Below, piece after piece: positions 1-13,744 of a stretch of 64,000 nucleotides of DNA. The stretch comes from Lama guanicoe. Its lineage: Eukaryota. The notes beneath the pieces were generated by a model. The model did no database searches. It was not told the origin of the DNA and saw only the letters and a program-made list of their open reading frames with translations. Both the position numbers and the translations under genes were made by a program. Location: positions 2,357,104 through 2,421,103 of the forward strand of contig MU054098.1 in the NCBI GenBank assembly GCA_013239625.1. The letters are read 5' to 3'. The first letter of the stretch is position 1. Each line of letters starts with the position of its first letter.

Positions 1-19
1 AAAGGCAGAGAAAGACAGT

Positions 20-262
20 AGGTAAGCAGGCACGTTCTGGAAACAAACAGGCTGGGTTTAAATCTCTGTCCTGCCATTTATTCATGGTGTGACATCAAGT
101 TATTTATTAACCCTATGCCACACATTCCTTATCTGTAAAACGAGGCTCTTGTTAGTAACTACCTCCTGGGATTGTCATGAAAATTACATGAATTAATATT
201 TGGAAAATGCTTAGAATGGTGCCTGGCATATATGAAACACAATATGTATTTGTTAAACAAAT
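20..262 (+). mobile_element. MIR SINE remnant
   Basis: MIR core and tail motifs: ctgggtttaaatctctgtcctgccatttat...catctgtaaaa-like...gcttagaatggtgcctggcatata. Confidence 0.75.
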
Positions 263-989
263 AAATGGCCAGTCAGAAAGGAACACATTCCTGAGGGCTA
301 TGAGCCAGACGTTGTTTTCATGGCTGAACTGGAGTCTGCCCACTTGCTTAATGAAAATAAAATGGGTAGGAAGTACAACATTGATCCCCTGCTCTAAACT
401 CTCGCTTACCATGGGAATGGAAACCACTGGGACTGTTTTATGTGACCAGTGGGAGAGCTTGCCTGCCATTGAGGTGACATATCAGTTAGTGGGAAACAAA
501 GCTCTGTGCTATGGGTGGCAAAACAATTTTTCTGAAATAATCTATAAGATTTGTAATTATTTTTATCATTCATAATACAGATAATGCAATTCTCCAAGCT
601 CATTTGGCGTTACTTAAAATACAGAGTTGCACAGTTTTACTTGGTGGGCCATGTCTCTACTGGCATCATTCTTAGGCTAACTATCCCTGACTGCCCAGCA
701 GTCCCTGTCTACATCTGCTCTGGCTATAACAATGAGAACCAGTTCGGGGCTCCACAAATTCAGCACACGTGGAGACCGGGGGGAGGGGAGGGAGGAGGAG
801 AGCAGATAGTTAATTAATAGATATTCAAAACTGAGGCCTAAAAGAATAAAAAATAAAGAAAATAAAAGTTTTACCAGGGAAGATCAAAGAGTGACTTGAC
901 TGTGGCTTCTAGGAACAGAAAGCATTGCTACATGAAGAGGAAAAGAATTACCATCAATATCCATTAAGGAAAAATGAGCACTAAGTTAC

Positions 990-1195
990 ATAGTCAGTAA
1001 CTTAGGTCAGATACAAAGAAGCACTTCCTGAGAGAAAAGGATATACTGCTGTGGATTATCGTGTAGGGCAGAGAAAAACTGGAAGACCTCACCCAAGCAG
1101 TTTTTAATGGGGTCTGTCAGAATAGTCCCAATGTAGTTTCTCCTAGAGGGAGGAAAATGAACTAAACGTTCCCTCAAGATCTCTTCCTATGAGTA
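990..1195 (+). mobile_element. CR1/L3 LINE 3' remnant
   Basis: aggtcagatacaaagaagcacttcctga...gaactaaacgttccctcaagatctcttcc resembles the CR1/L3 3' end and is heavily diverged. Confidence 0.45.
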
Positions 1196-2759
1196 TTATA
1201 ACTGGAAACACCCATGGAAATATCCCAATGCTACCACAGACATCCCTAGGGACATGAGGATGCAGAGCTGGGGGCTATGGCCTCTTTATTGACACAGATT
1301 ACACAGAAGATGCTATCTCACAGGGGAGGCAAAGGAAGCAGGCACCTTAGCCCATCCCTAGTTTATCCTTTTGTCTTTAAACTATCTGTCTCATTTAAGA
1401 TAGTCAGGTCCAAGTTCGATTAGATTATAGCAAGGAAATAGGATTCTTTTAAATAGATAATATAAAACATGTCTAAGGAAACTCAATGATAACTGTATTA
1501 TCTCTGGCACGCTGTCAGGGAATTATCTGTATTGTATGAGGTGGTGGAAGGATGCCAAAAAGCTATTTAAAATGCAAACCTAGTTGTGCTAGTCAATCAT
1601 TCATTGGTTACAAATGAATTAAAAGCTAGAACGTTTCATATTCATAATTCCAGTTGCCTTCCTTTACCAATAGTGACAAGAGCTGAATATGATTAACAAG
1701 TGACAGCTTAAACAGTTCAGAAAAAATCCTTGTGATGATAATCTCATCTCCTGACCCTTCCTTTTTCCTGCACCCAGTTCAGGCTGTTTGCAAAATGTCA
1801 GCCGAAGGAGCAGTGTTCAGCATTCTGAGCACACTTCAGTCACTGCTGAGAATTGTCAATAATTCTGTTTTCATGATACATTAACACCTGTATCCTAATA
1901 TGTTCAACGCGGACTAAATGAGGGTGAAAACATTGATAATGATTTCCCTCCCCTGACCTTTACTTCTTTCACTGGCAGCTAGCTGGAAAGCCCAAGATAG
2001 TCGTCAGCAGTACACCAGGGCCAGGGGATCTTCTTGCCAATTACATGGCATCAGCCCCATTCAGCATTTCTTGACTGGATCCTAATGAATGACAAGAAAA
2101 TCTTTAATATTAAAGATGATTCAAGAAAATTCACTGGCTGTGGCTATTAAAGCTGGGTCTATTCCTGTTGTCCTAGCTGATCTTCTAGACTTTAGAATGT
2201 ATTTCCTGTCCCCAGTTGTAAGAGGACCCACTGTAATGGGTGGGGTGGGAGGAGAGATGGGGAATTTCTGGAGAGATAGTAAAAATATTTTTTTTCCTCC
2301 AAGACAACACAGGAAGAGTACTGTCTTCCCATGAAAAATTTTTTTCTGGTCATGACTACAGATCTCATGGGTCTGATGAGCCTACATATATTCAAGAAAA
2401 AAAATTAAGTCCTTGACTCCTTAGGATACTATACAGTTGCCACAGTGATATCTTAGAACTCATCCTCCATTCTGAGAAATGAGCTCTTTTCTTCAGCATT
2501 TATCTTGTCAAAAGTAAGCGAATGAGGAGCACAGAATGAACACAAGACAAGCTCAAGATGTTTTATTGTTTCACACTCATTGTCTCTGTTGTCTAGGATA
2601 CAATGGAAGCAAGAGAGAGCAAGGCTCTATTTTCAACAAAAGCTCAGAATCTCACAGGAAACAGGACCATCTGAACAATGAAAGCAATTGACCAACTCCA
2701 AAGGAGTCACAGTCAGCCCAAGAGATGTCATAATAAGAAAGTTAAATCTTTGCTTTTGA

Positions 2760-3462
2760 TAGTGCACTGCTCCTTCCTTTGGTAATGCCCTAAATCTCCT
2801 TCAGAAAACAACTCCTACAGCACTCTCAGTTCATGTGGTATAGATGAGGCTTACCCCATCTCCCTGCCTTCACAGAAAAGCAGGTGACTCAGACATTAAC
2901 TGACGTTATTGGAAAAGAAGGAATTGCTAGAATTGCTAAGCTAGATTGTAAGTCTACAGCTATCGGTACCCATCTTTCCCAGCATTTGGGAAAAAGTTGT
3001 CTGAGAATAACATCAACTTAGAGAAAAACAGAACTAAGAGATAGATTCCTTATGACCTGGCTGGAATACTTTGATCCAGCCATGCCTGATGCTAAATACC
3101 ACTCCGGATTGTTTAGTTATATGAGTCAATTTTTCTTTCAAAACCACTTTATTTCTTTCCTTTTTTTCCCCTCAGACTTGTTATTTTATTTAGTTTTTTT
3201 AAAACAACTTTATCGTGGTATATAATTTCTGTACAGTAAACTACACATATTTCAGATGTACAATTTTATCAATTTTGATAGATGTATACGCCTATGAAAC
3301 CACCACAATCAAGGTACCTAACATTTCCATCACCTCCCAAGAGGTGCAAATTTCGAACTCCCAATTTATCCCTTCCTACTCCCTTTACTCCCTAGAAAAA
3401 GGCTCACAGACATAGAATATTTTCTTTTCTTACACACAACTGAAAAAGTCCTAATTCATATA
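2760..3462 (+). mobile_element. MaLR (MLT1-like) solo LTR, interrupted by an L1 fragment
   Basis: MLT1-like body (gatccagccatgcctgatgcta...ttcagttatatgag-like) and terminal caactgaaaaagtcctaattcataca. Confidence 0.55.
3185..3345 (-). mobile_element. Old L1 (L1MB-like) 3' end
   Basis: T-rich tail followed by caactttatcgtggtatataattt...gaaaccaccacaatcaagg...catttccatcacctcc, typical of an antisense L1M 3' end. Confidence 0.7.
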
Positions 3463-4926
3463 CAACTATACCATGATAACTGTTATTTGGAGAGCACCTT
3501 GGAGTCCTTTGGAATCCAATTAATTGAATGATTACTGGCTTTACTATTAATAGTGTCACCATTCCCTCAATTGTGCCACTGCTTGAACTTGACTAGAGTC
3601 CTTTAAAAAATTATACTATGAGCCCACAAGAACAAATATATTTCTATTCAGCAAATACAATCTAGACTAGCAAAAAAAACTTGACCTTATTTGTAGTTTA
3701 CGAAGTCACTATTTTATAGGATTATTTAAAAATCCGATTATGTTCTAGGAAAGGGAGCCAGAGTTTCTTTGAAGAGAAATATTAGTGTCAAGAGCCAGGC
3801 TATAAATCCGCTATGAGAAGTTTTTAATGAGTGAACATAACTGATTATACAGAGAGGGAATTATTGATTTGACAGTGCAGGTGGAAGAAGGGATAGGAAT
3901 ATTGGAATGACTTGGATTTAAGGAACTGGGGAAACAACCGGAAAGGGAGGAAGTAGAGTAAAGGCTAAAGAAGAGAGGGAGAGAAGGGGTGAATTAAGGA
4001 TTTTTCTATCCTAAGCAATCCTTAGAATTAAGTCTCCAATATTCTAACCAGAGCTATACCCAGCATAAGGGCAGAGATCATATACCACATTACAAAAAAT
4101 TTTGGAGAAAATATCTAAATATATGTAAATTTACTTATCTACAAATTATGTGCATGATCTACTGTGATTCACTAATATCTCAAGGCAAAATACACACTTA
4201 GAGTGAGATATGGTCATTAATAATAATAGACATAGGTTTTTTTTATAGTCTTCTCAATAATTTTGTTTTGTTCTGCTTTTGGAAAACTGCTTTTCTAAGC
4301 TAATTAGATCACCACTTTTCACCTAATAAATCAATAGATGATGACTAGCTCATACCATGAAGAGGAGAGGAACCAGCTCTGCCATTTTACTGTTGTTCAT
4401 TTGTGCTTACGTTATGAGTATGATCTTCAACCCACTGTTGCTGTGAAGAAATATTAAGCTACATGTCCATTTTTTGAGAGTTTATTTAATTAAAATCAGG
4501 TAATATGATTCATAAATTCACTGTTTGGAATACGTAAATGGCAATGTACTGCAATGTTCTAAAGGCAGATCCACGAATTTCTAATTGTGGAATTCTTACC
4601 TCTCCCTCAGATATCTTATAAATCTTAGGTGGCATGAGATCCTCTAACATAGATACTAAAAAAGGGTATAAATGCCAATCTGAACATCAAATATAAGTAC
4701 ATCCTAATTCCTTTCATACAATGAAAGTTAACACTAGAATTTCTAATATTTACTTCCAGAACGCCATTTTGGAGATGGCCACTTTAGAACCCTCTTCAGC
4801 ACAGCACATACAGATGCACCATCATAAAAGGCCTAAGTCATGTTTAATTTATTATCCATTGAATGGGTATAATGTAGTATCAGGAGCTACCCTGCCTGCT
4901 TCTTAGAACCAAAATCACCCTTTGAT

Positions 4927-4964
4927 CTTTGTGACTCCTAAAATGAATCTTAGGAGTCACAAAG
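4927..4964. repeat. Perfect 15-bp inverted repeat with 8-nt loop
   Basis: ctttgtgactcctaa (4927-4941), loop aatgaatc, then ttaggagtcacaaag (4950-4964), the exact reverse complement. Confidence 0.95.
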
Positions 4965-6279
4965 TGATTTCCTTTTCTTAATTGTTGATAAAGAACTTGA
5001 AATGAAAATGCTGGTAGAAGCAAAATAAATTTCAGATACTGTCAACCATCGTCAACCATGACTACGGCAATTTCCAAGCACCCAGATCTTCATACCATAG
5101 CTAATAGCCAAGCAGCACTAATGTCTACACAGTGGTGGCTACTTAAATTGCAGGTAGAATATCTAACCAGAAACCAATAGCCTGTGGATTTTTTTTTATT
5201 ACAAACCAAGATTTAGAAAGTGTTTATCATACACAACCAGAGCTGTATATGAGGGAATAGAAACTAGTAGGAAAAATCTGCTGAGAACTTAAATGACTTA
5301 AACTACTTGATCTTCATCTGAGGGGTACTGAATTGGATGCTGAGGGACTGGGAATGCCAGTTGCCAGTAGGCAGACAATGGAAAACTGGAGAAGAAATAA
5401 AGGACAATAATGTTCCCAGAGAGACACCTTATAGGGTGAGGCTCTCAGGCAACCTAATCATGGACTTGCTCTTGGGCTTCACAACATGGCCCTGGGACAA
5501 CTACCTCCTTCTCTGCCCAGATGGAGAAACATGAAAGGGAGCTTATCTTTGGTACCAGCTGGCAACACATAGCCTGTCTAGTTGGCAGCTTGGTTGATGG
5601 CTTGATGCAGGTCAGCATCACAGAGACAGAGAAACCAAGACACTGAGAGGTTAGTCATCTCAGCCAAGAAAGAGACGGAGTCAAAGATTGCATCCCTTGC
5701 TTATACACAGTTTGTTGTTTAGTTTGATCCCTACCAAAGTCACTACCTCTGCTAAGTATCCTGAGCTCTTGATCAACAATTGGGCAAATTGCACCACTGG
5801 CAAAATTGATTTTAGTACCCCCTATTTCCTTTTTAGTTTCCCTTGCCCCTTTTTCTGGTACTACTGATCCCCCCTACACTTAACTTAGTTCTTCTCAAAA
5901 AGCTAGTTCTGGCTGGCTGTCAATCAACTCTCAATAAGATTTGTTGATTAATTGATGCACTGTCCAGTAATTGCTTACAGTATTCCCTTTCACAGAGGTT
6001 TTCCACCCCCTTCTTTCTTTCCATTTTTGCAAGGCACTCCTGAAGACTAGAAAGTCTCCCATAGATAAGGAAATTAAATCCTAAATGAAATTTCAGATGT
6101 CATAATAGGGAACAAAGGAAATATTTCACGTAGGGGACTCGCTTAATTTTTAATCATACTACCTAGGCTCTTTAAGGCCAACTCTGTGTTAAGCAGAGCA
6201 GTTACATATTTATTGTATATACATACATACACACGCACACACTATTGGCAGAAAATATTATTTGCATATTCTTTTCTCC

Positions 6280-6500
6280 TTAGCCAGCACTTGGTTGTTA
6301 TGTGCACTATCATGTTAAATACACAAAACAGTCATATGTGGTCTGTGCTTTTATGACTTTCCTCATTAACAGATGAGTAAATTAAAATCCAAAGAGGTTA
6401 AGGAATTTGATGAAAGCATACAGCGAGTAATTGGTGGAACTGTTATTGAAACCCAGGTGGTCTCTGGAGTTTGTATTCTTGAAACTACATTCTACTGCCT
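6280..6500 (-). mobile_element. MIR SINE remnant
   Basis: cattaacagatgagtaaattaaaatccaaagaggttaagg...gaaacccagg, an antisense MIR core. Confidence 0.65.
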
Positions 6501-7874
6501 ATTGGGAATTAGAAAGAAATGAGAAAGAGTTGAGTGTTGTTGACATCAAGCCACTTATAATGGAAAAGGCAGGGTCCTTCTTGGGTTCTTGAAGTATTAT
6601 GCTTCCTCTGGTCACCATCTCCTGTATTCATGTGCCCCATGGACTGAGGGCATCCTACATCTTGCTTTCTAAGAACACTCGGGATACTGCCCATTGCCAC
6701 TGTTTCAGACCCCGGCAGGAGGGCAAGAGGGATCTGTAGGATTAGTGCATACATTGCCAGCTTCCCTGGGATCACAAGCAATGAGAACTTTGTATCTATT
6801 CTCTTCCTTCTCCCCATCTCATTCTCTAATCTCATTTCACCCATGGTAGCATTGACCAGTGTTAACCTCTGGCCAAAGAATGTTGATTTTTTCTAATGTT
6901 TACAAGAGCTATTGATTTCAAGGCTCATAAAGTATGGAGGATCCCTGTTGTCAAGAATGGATCACTTAACTCTTCACAAAACTAGTGAAGGACTGCTAGA
7001 TTAAATTTCTTATTAACTATGCAGAGACCAAAGACTTTGGAATAAGTGACAAGATGCCCTCAATTTATGGATAAATCTTAACGCACTGTTCTACTTCCAC
7101 TGGAGGAAATGGACCAATTTCTCATCCTATAGATTCTAGAGAGGATATCTTATCCCCTTTGTACTAAAATAAACATCCTTGAGAAATTCTATCCCAAAGC
7201 CCTCTAAGCCAAGTATACCTCCCATCTTTACAGGTCCATTAAAAATAGGGGCCATCTATCGCTGTAGGAAAGCTCTTAATAGAGAAGCAAAGGAAGAAGA
7301 GGAAAGGGAGAAACCAGACGCCAAATTTAACCCAGAATTTTCAGATAAGTTTCATTTAAGTTCCTGCAACCAGGACTTATAGACAAAATAAGTAATGGGT
7401 TAGGGCAGGGAAAATATTCCTCGGGTGCCCAGATACTAATCCCTAAAAACTTTTCCTTCAGAGATAGAGTCATTATTGGGGGTTTAAGGCTATAGCAACT
7501 ATTAAAATACAAATATCCTAGGATTAGGTGATTATAAAGCCATGATGTTTTAAAGCATTCATGGAAACCACTCTTCTTACTTATTGATAGTGTTGGTATT
7601 TAATATTGTGGAATATTTAATTTGGGTAAGTCCAAAGAGGCCTTCTATTTCAAACTTTCACCTCAGTTCACTAATCTCCTCTACAACATCCTGATAGATA
7701 GGGCTCCAAGAGATGACTGGGAATTCTATTTTCCAACATACCCTGTGCTGCAGGTGTTTCAAACTGAGTCCAGATTGATCTCCTCAGAACCTCTATTTCT
7801 TAGCTTTGATGCTTCCCCCTAGACTTTCAATCTGGAATTAGAGCAAATAACACTCCCTCCCCGCAGACCTTGAC

Positions 7875-8360
7875 AAATGTTCACAGCAGCATTATTCACA
7901 ATAGTCAAAAGGTGGAAACAACCCAAATGTTCATCAACAGATGAGTGGATAAACAAAATGTGGTATATCCATACAATGGAATATTAATCAGCCTTAAAAA
8001 GAAAGGAAATTCTAATACATGCTACAACAGGAATGAACTTTGAAAACATTAAGCTAAGTGAAATACACCAGACACAAAAAGACAAATGTTTTCTTATTTC
8101 ACCTATATGAGGTACCTAGAGTAATCAAACTCCTAGATACAGAAAGCAAAATGGTAGTTGCCAGGGGCTGTAGGGAGGGAAGAATGGGGAGTTATTTTTT
8201 AGTGGGTACAGGGTTCCAGTTTTTGAAGATGAGAAAGTTCTGGAGATGGAGGGTGGTAATGGTTGCCCAACAATGTAAATATCCTTAATGTTACTGAAGT
8301 GCACGCTTAAAAATGGTTAAAATGGTGAATTTTATGTTATGTATATTTTACCACATTTTT
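7875..8360 (+). mobile_element. Old L1 (L1MB-like) 3' end
   Basis: atgttcacagcagcattattcacaatag...ggaaacaacccaaatgt...gttctggagatggagggtgg...aattttatgttatgtatattttaccac. Confidence 0.9.
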
Positions 8361-11224
8361 AGATGATGAAATCTGAATAAAATATGGAGCTTAATTAGTA
8401 AAAATAATACTCAGCAGTACAAATAAAACATGTCTACATGGCACCAAGAAGTGGACCCAAGTTTCTAACTATGGTCTGGCCAGCACCAAGTACAACAGAC
8501 TTTACCACCTTCCTTGCTCTAGATCAGAGATTTTAATAAGCACAGACTTATTCTCAGACAATGACACTTTTTCAATGCGTACACTATGAAAGAAATTGCT
8601 CCAAGCACCATTCATTTATTAACTAATTTAATCCTCCCCACAATCCTGTGAAATATTTATTATTAGCCTTATTTCACTAAGGGAGAAAGTGAAGCATGAT
8701 GTGGCTTCTAAACCATTTACTACATAGTAAGATTGTGGTTCTCTACCAACCTCTGGGTAATTTTTCCTTTCCATATACTTCTGCCCAGTTGGTTCTCCAC
8801 CATTGCTATGATTATTCTGTTTTCTAGTTTACTGGTTATTCCTCCCAACAAGGAAAGAATAAGAAGTGAGCTTATCAGGTTTTCCTATAGAACAAACATA
8901 TTGAAGAAAACAAATGTTGCTACTCACATGGCTGATATATCCCCCTCTAGGGTCATGTGGTACCTAAAGCCAACACTGGGGGCGGGGGCAGGGCCAGCCA
9001 GCTTAAATCCACACTAAGCCAGTTTAGTCATTTATATATCACTGTAATTAAATGTCGCAGCTCCTATGGAAGTAGGTTTCAGTAGGTAGAGATAATCTTG
9101 GTTCAGTTTGGGAAGGAAAACATCCACTGATCAAATGAGCGACACTGAAAGGTGACTAGGGAAGTACTGAACACTGGCTATCTCGCTAACTATTCTGCCT
9201 CAGGCCCCCTGCCAATATGTTTGCATTTCAACTCTGCCACTGGCGACCATCTCTCAGAATCTCAGCTGGGCCTTCTCCCAGGGCTAGCTTATGAGATTAT
9301 GGAGATAGTACTCAAAACCCCAGCCTCAGTGACTGGAAAGAAGAAGAGTAAATCAGCATGAGATCAGGAAAGCATTTTAGAACAAGAATAGCCAAAGGAC
9401 CTGGGATGTTTAGCTTGGAGAAGAGAAGGTTTAGTGCCACTTGGCCTTGTTCATAATAGAATAGCAGTAGCAATGGTTGTACTCAGTGCCAAGAACAGAC
9501 CTAAACGCTGTATATGCATCACCTCTTTTAATTTTCACACAAAAACCCTATCAAGAAGGTACTATTGTTATTCTTAGTTTAGAGGTGAGATAATTTTAGG
9601 TTAAGGGTAGGTTTACACAGTGAGTAGGTAGTAGAGTTTACCACACTACCTGATTGTATACTTCCCATCCACTCCATCACCAAAACTTGTTTGTCCCTTC
9701 CACAGTAACTCCTACAATTTCTCTTGTTGTTCGTTCCCTAACTAGATGATAAACTCTAAAGGGACGAGAACAATATCTAGTATTCTTCCATATTAGAGCT
9801 CCGCTGCCTAGTGGAGCACCTGCATATTACTTAGCACTCACTAAACACTTATGGGAGGGAGGGAAGTGATGAAGAAGAGAAAGACTAACACCCAGATAGA
9901 TTGAACCCGAGAGCCTGTGTTTTTCACCACGAAATGACACTGCTGAATTGCTGTAGGCCACCAGCACCAAATTTTAGCCAACACTCCGGTTCAGTCATCT
10001 GCAAAATTCACAACAAACCCAGATCCATGTGCTATGTCAAAGCAGCCAAATTAACAGCAGGCACCACTCCTAAGACACTATATTAAATGCTATATTACTC
10101 TGTTTGGCACCCCCATGGTCCAGTTCTACGCAGCACTGTTCTAAGTGGAATACACATTCTAACAAAGCATCCTACCACGCAGGGCTGGCCTGGGTTGTGG
10201 CTCGCACCAGCAGGTCCACAGTTTTTTTGAGAAAGAAACATGCCAACACACTTTTCCTGCATTGCAGCAGCCTTGGTACAAGAATCATCTATTTCACCCT
10301 CTGTCCCTCTGTTTTAATTAGTCCTCTTTCTGAGCTCCACAGTGGCTTTGCAGTGAAAAACCGTTAAAATTAAAAGAACATTTTCCTGATTAAATCCCCT
10401 CCCTGCACTTCCAAACCTTCAGTTGTCTATTTATGACTGTGAGCTTCATTTTACCAAGTTCTATTTCTAGGCCACTAATATCATCTCATGCAGAGAGAAA
10501 GATGTATTCAGCATTCCATGTGGTGTCATTTTCTGAAGGGGGTGAAGTCTCGTCTCCAATGCCTTCCTATTCTTTTTTTACAGAGAGTTTTAAGAATACA
10601 TAAACCAACTGTTTTGAAGAAATAGCTCCCTTCTGTCCTTGCCATTCCTATTACTGGATTCTAATGGTGAAAAGTGAACGCATATCCCGTGACATAGTGA
10701 AGACAGTTCTCAAGGAAAAATAGCTCTCCTTCAGGGAAAACTTGATGTTTTCTAGGACTTGGTGAAATCCAAGCTAAAATGCAAAAATTTTTTCTCAAGT
10801 TCTCACAGGAGCTGAAAAGTCTAAGACCTGATACCAAGACACTTTTTCTTCCTTGGATGTGATACCTTGAAACCTATCTCTGAAAATGTCAATTGAGACT
10901 CTAACAAATGCAAATCAACTGACTAGGTCACTGGTTTGTGTTGCTCTCTTTGTGGAGTCTCGGCTTAGGAGACCTCAGCTTGCATCTGGGATTCCAGATC
11001 TTTAGGAAAGTAATCAATGTGAATTTTGGCTAAGATATAATGAAAATGTAGTAATGTACAAGGAACTAAAATATTAGCTCTGTATGTCAAATATCTTCAG
11101 TGTTCTTGTTATCACTTAACTAAGTCATATAGAATCTGTCATGACTGCATGTTTGTAACACAATCCAAGTTACAGCATATTTTGTAGCTCAGACATAATA
11201 AAAGCTATCATTAATTAGCATTTA

Positions 11225-11455
11225 ATTTCAGGCACTGTGCCTTGTGCTTTCATTTATTCAATTATTCAATCTTCACAACAACTCTACAACATAGGCACTA
11301 CTGCTATTCTCATTTTATACATGGGGAAGCTGAGGTACAGAGAAGTCAGTAACTTTCCCCATGACCATCACAGAGCTCACAACTGACAGAGCTGAGATTA
11401 CAACACAGGTCTGTTTCTTTCTCCAAATATCACTCTCTTAGCCACTATCCTATAG
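11225..11455 (-). mobile_element. MIR SINE remnant
   Basis: caggcactgtgc...aatcttcacaacaactct...cattttatacatggggaagctgagg...agaagt. Confidence 0.75.
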
Positions 11456-11659
11456 TGCTTCTTAGATAAGAAAAGGAGGAAGGGTTTAAGAGGGTTGGTG
11501 AAAAAATAGCATGAAATGATCATGATTGGGCTGTTTTTTACAGTAAAACAAACTCTAAGAATCTACTTATTCTAAGCCAGCTTTGAAAGAAAACTGAAAA
11601 TTATCCTAACATCTAGGAAAACACCTTTGGAAAAAATAATGCAGTCAACAAAATAAGAA

Positions 11660-11886
11660 TTTCCAGAATAGCCCAATCTACAGAGACAGAAGTAACGGGC
11701 CGGGGGAATGGGGAGCAAGTGCTAACAAGCGTGGGGTTTCTTTTTGAGGAGATGAAAATGGTCTGGAATTAGACAGTGATGATGGTTGCACAACTCTGTG
11801 AATACACTAAAGCTCACTGAATTGTATGTTTTAAAAGGGCAAGTTTTATAGAGTGTGAAATATATCTCAATAAAGCTGGTATTAAA
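11660..11886 (+). mobile_element. Old L1 (L1MB/L1MC-like) 3' end
   Basis: tccagaatagcccaatctacagagacagaa...gatgatggttgcacaactctgtgaatacactaaa...tatatctcaataaagctg. Confidence 0.85.
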
Positions 11887-13744
11887 GAAAACAGAGGTTA
11901 GGTTAGAATGAAATCAGGTTTAAGAACATGTTGGCAAAACTAGCTTCAGAAATAGACATCTAAAAGGGCTGGAAGTTCAAGGTCATTTGTGATCTACTTC
12001 TCTGGAGACACCAGGAGCTCTATTCCCAAGCTTGCCAGGACACGTAGAAGACAGCAGCACTGCCTGGCCACACTGCAGTGCCTCCTTCTGGGCATTTGTG
12101 TACGGTGGAAGGAGTGGGTGGGGAAAGGGTATTCAATTACATTGAACCTCCTTTCTTTGAGTGCATTTTGGCAAATAGGTTGATCCTATTTCTAACCCAA
12201 TCCTGTTTATGGAAAGCCGATTGTGCACCAATCTGAAAGGTTATGTTGTCATCATTAGGAACCCAAGAAAAGAGCCTGTGAACTGATAACCAAAGGATTT
12301 AGGACCTAGATAAGCCACAGTCTGTCACAGGCCTCAGTCTGTCATATAAAATTGAGGCTTCACCACGTATCATATCTGGTAGGTTCTTGAAAGAGGCGAA
12401 AAAATAGCTGTTTCTCTCAAGGATGTCCAAAGGCAGTTGAACTATGCTCCTTGGGTCAGTTTCTGGCCTAAAATAGGATAGAGTATATATGGTTGTGTCT
12501 TCTTTGGTTGTGTCTTCAGTGTACACACCCAGCGTCTCTGATAAATTTAACCTGGTTTTAAGCAGCTTTAAATGTTTTCTTACCTAGCAAGATATTGAAA
12601 CTGACTTTCTCTCTTGATTAAATTGCCAGTTTAATTAGGCCATAGGTAGATGATAGCTATATTGACTTTTTCAGTCTCTCTAAATGGCCCTTGCTATTGG
12701 ATATCATCTTAGTTCCTGGAAATAATCTTAGTGAAAAGCACAACAATCATACTTTTTGAATCAAGTACCAAAAGAATACAGATAAACCACTGCCAAGTCA
12801 TTTGTTGATCACAGAACTACTCACTATTATAGGAACATGATCCTATAGGCAGAAGAGTATCTGGGTTTGATTAATAATGGTAAAGACTCTCAGATCAAGC
12901 ACATCTCTCGAACTGGCCATTCTCACAAGGTCCTATTTCTCAACACTACACAAGTCATAATTTGTAACAGCACAAATAATTTGTAAAGAAACAAGAGAAA
13001 CATGAACATCTTCTCTACACAATTTTTCAGTGATCTTCTTGGCTGAACTCCTCTTCAACTAATAGCAGTTCGGAAGCATCCATTAATCTCAAGGGTAATT
13101 TGCCCTGGCATTGCACTAAGTGCTCTGATTTAATCTTTGACTTCAGTGCCACAAGTCCCTGTTCTTAGCAAACTAAACAATGTCCTGGTCTAATATCTGT
13201 CTAAATGGGACATATTCTCTGACCATGAACTCAGTGGGATCAATTGGTATAGGTTCTCTGATTTCTATTACTACAGCTAAATATAGATTCAGAATGAGCA
13301 TAAGCTAGAGGGGTAGGGCTTAGTCACGTGACCCTGCATTGCATTCATTAAGTCTCTAAATCAATGATTCAAGCCATGTTTTAGAGCCCCAGGATTCCAC
13401 AGTAGGTCTTAGGGGCCTATAGAGAAGCTTCAAGGGGCAAGACTGACTGAGCAGGCTTAGTATCCCAACCTATCACCTGCTTCACTGAGCAATTCCATTT
13501 TTATCTGTTTGATCTATAGGGGTTCCACAGAAGATTTTATTTAAAAAAAGTGATGCCACTGATAAAAAATACATGTTAATTTTATAAGCCATTACTGCAA
13601 TCAATCCAGACATGACTGACTACGAACATGGATGTAGTCTCCAAGTAGTAAAGCTGCAAGTCAAGAAAAGCTCCCTGTTCAAAACTGCATGGTTAAGTTT
13701 GCCATCCATTATATCACACCCATTCTTGAAGCAAGTATAATGAA

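Noticed and set aside
10420..10520. MEF2-like (ctatttctag) and TEAD-like (cattcca) motifs
   Set aside because: Imperfect or short matches, expected by chance without conservation data.
12299..12526. Protein-like 75-aa minus-strand ORF with a good acceptor at about 12468
   Set aside because: No recognisable homology and no convincing donor. The N-terminus comes from a 15-bp tandem duplication.
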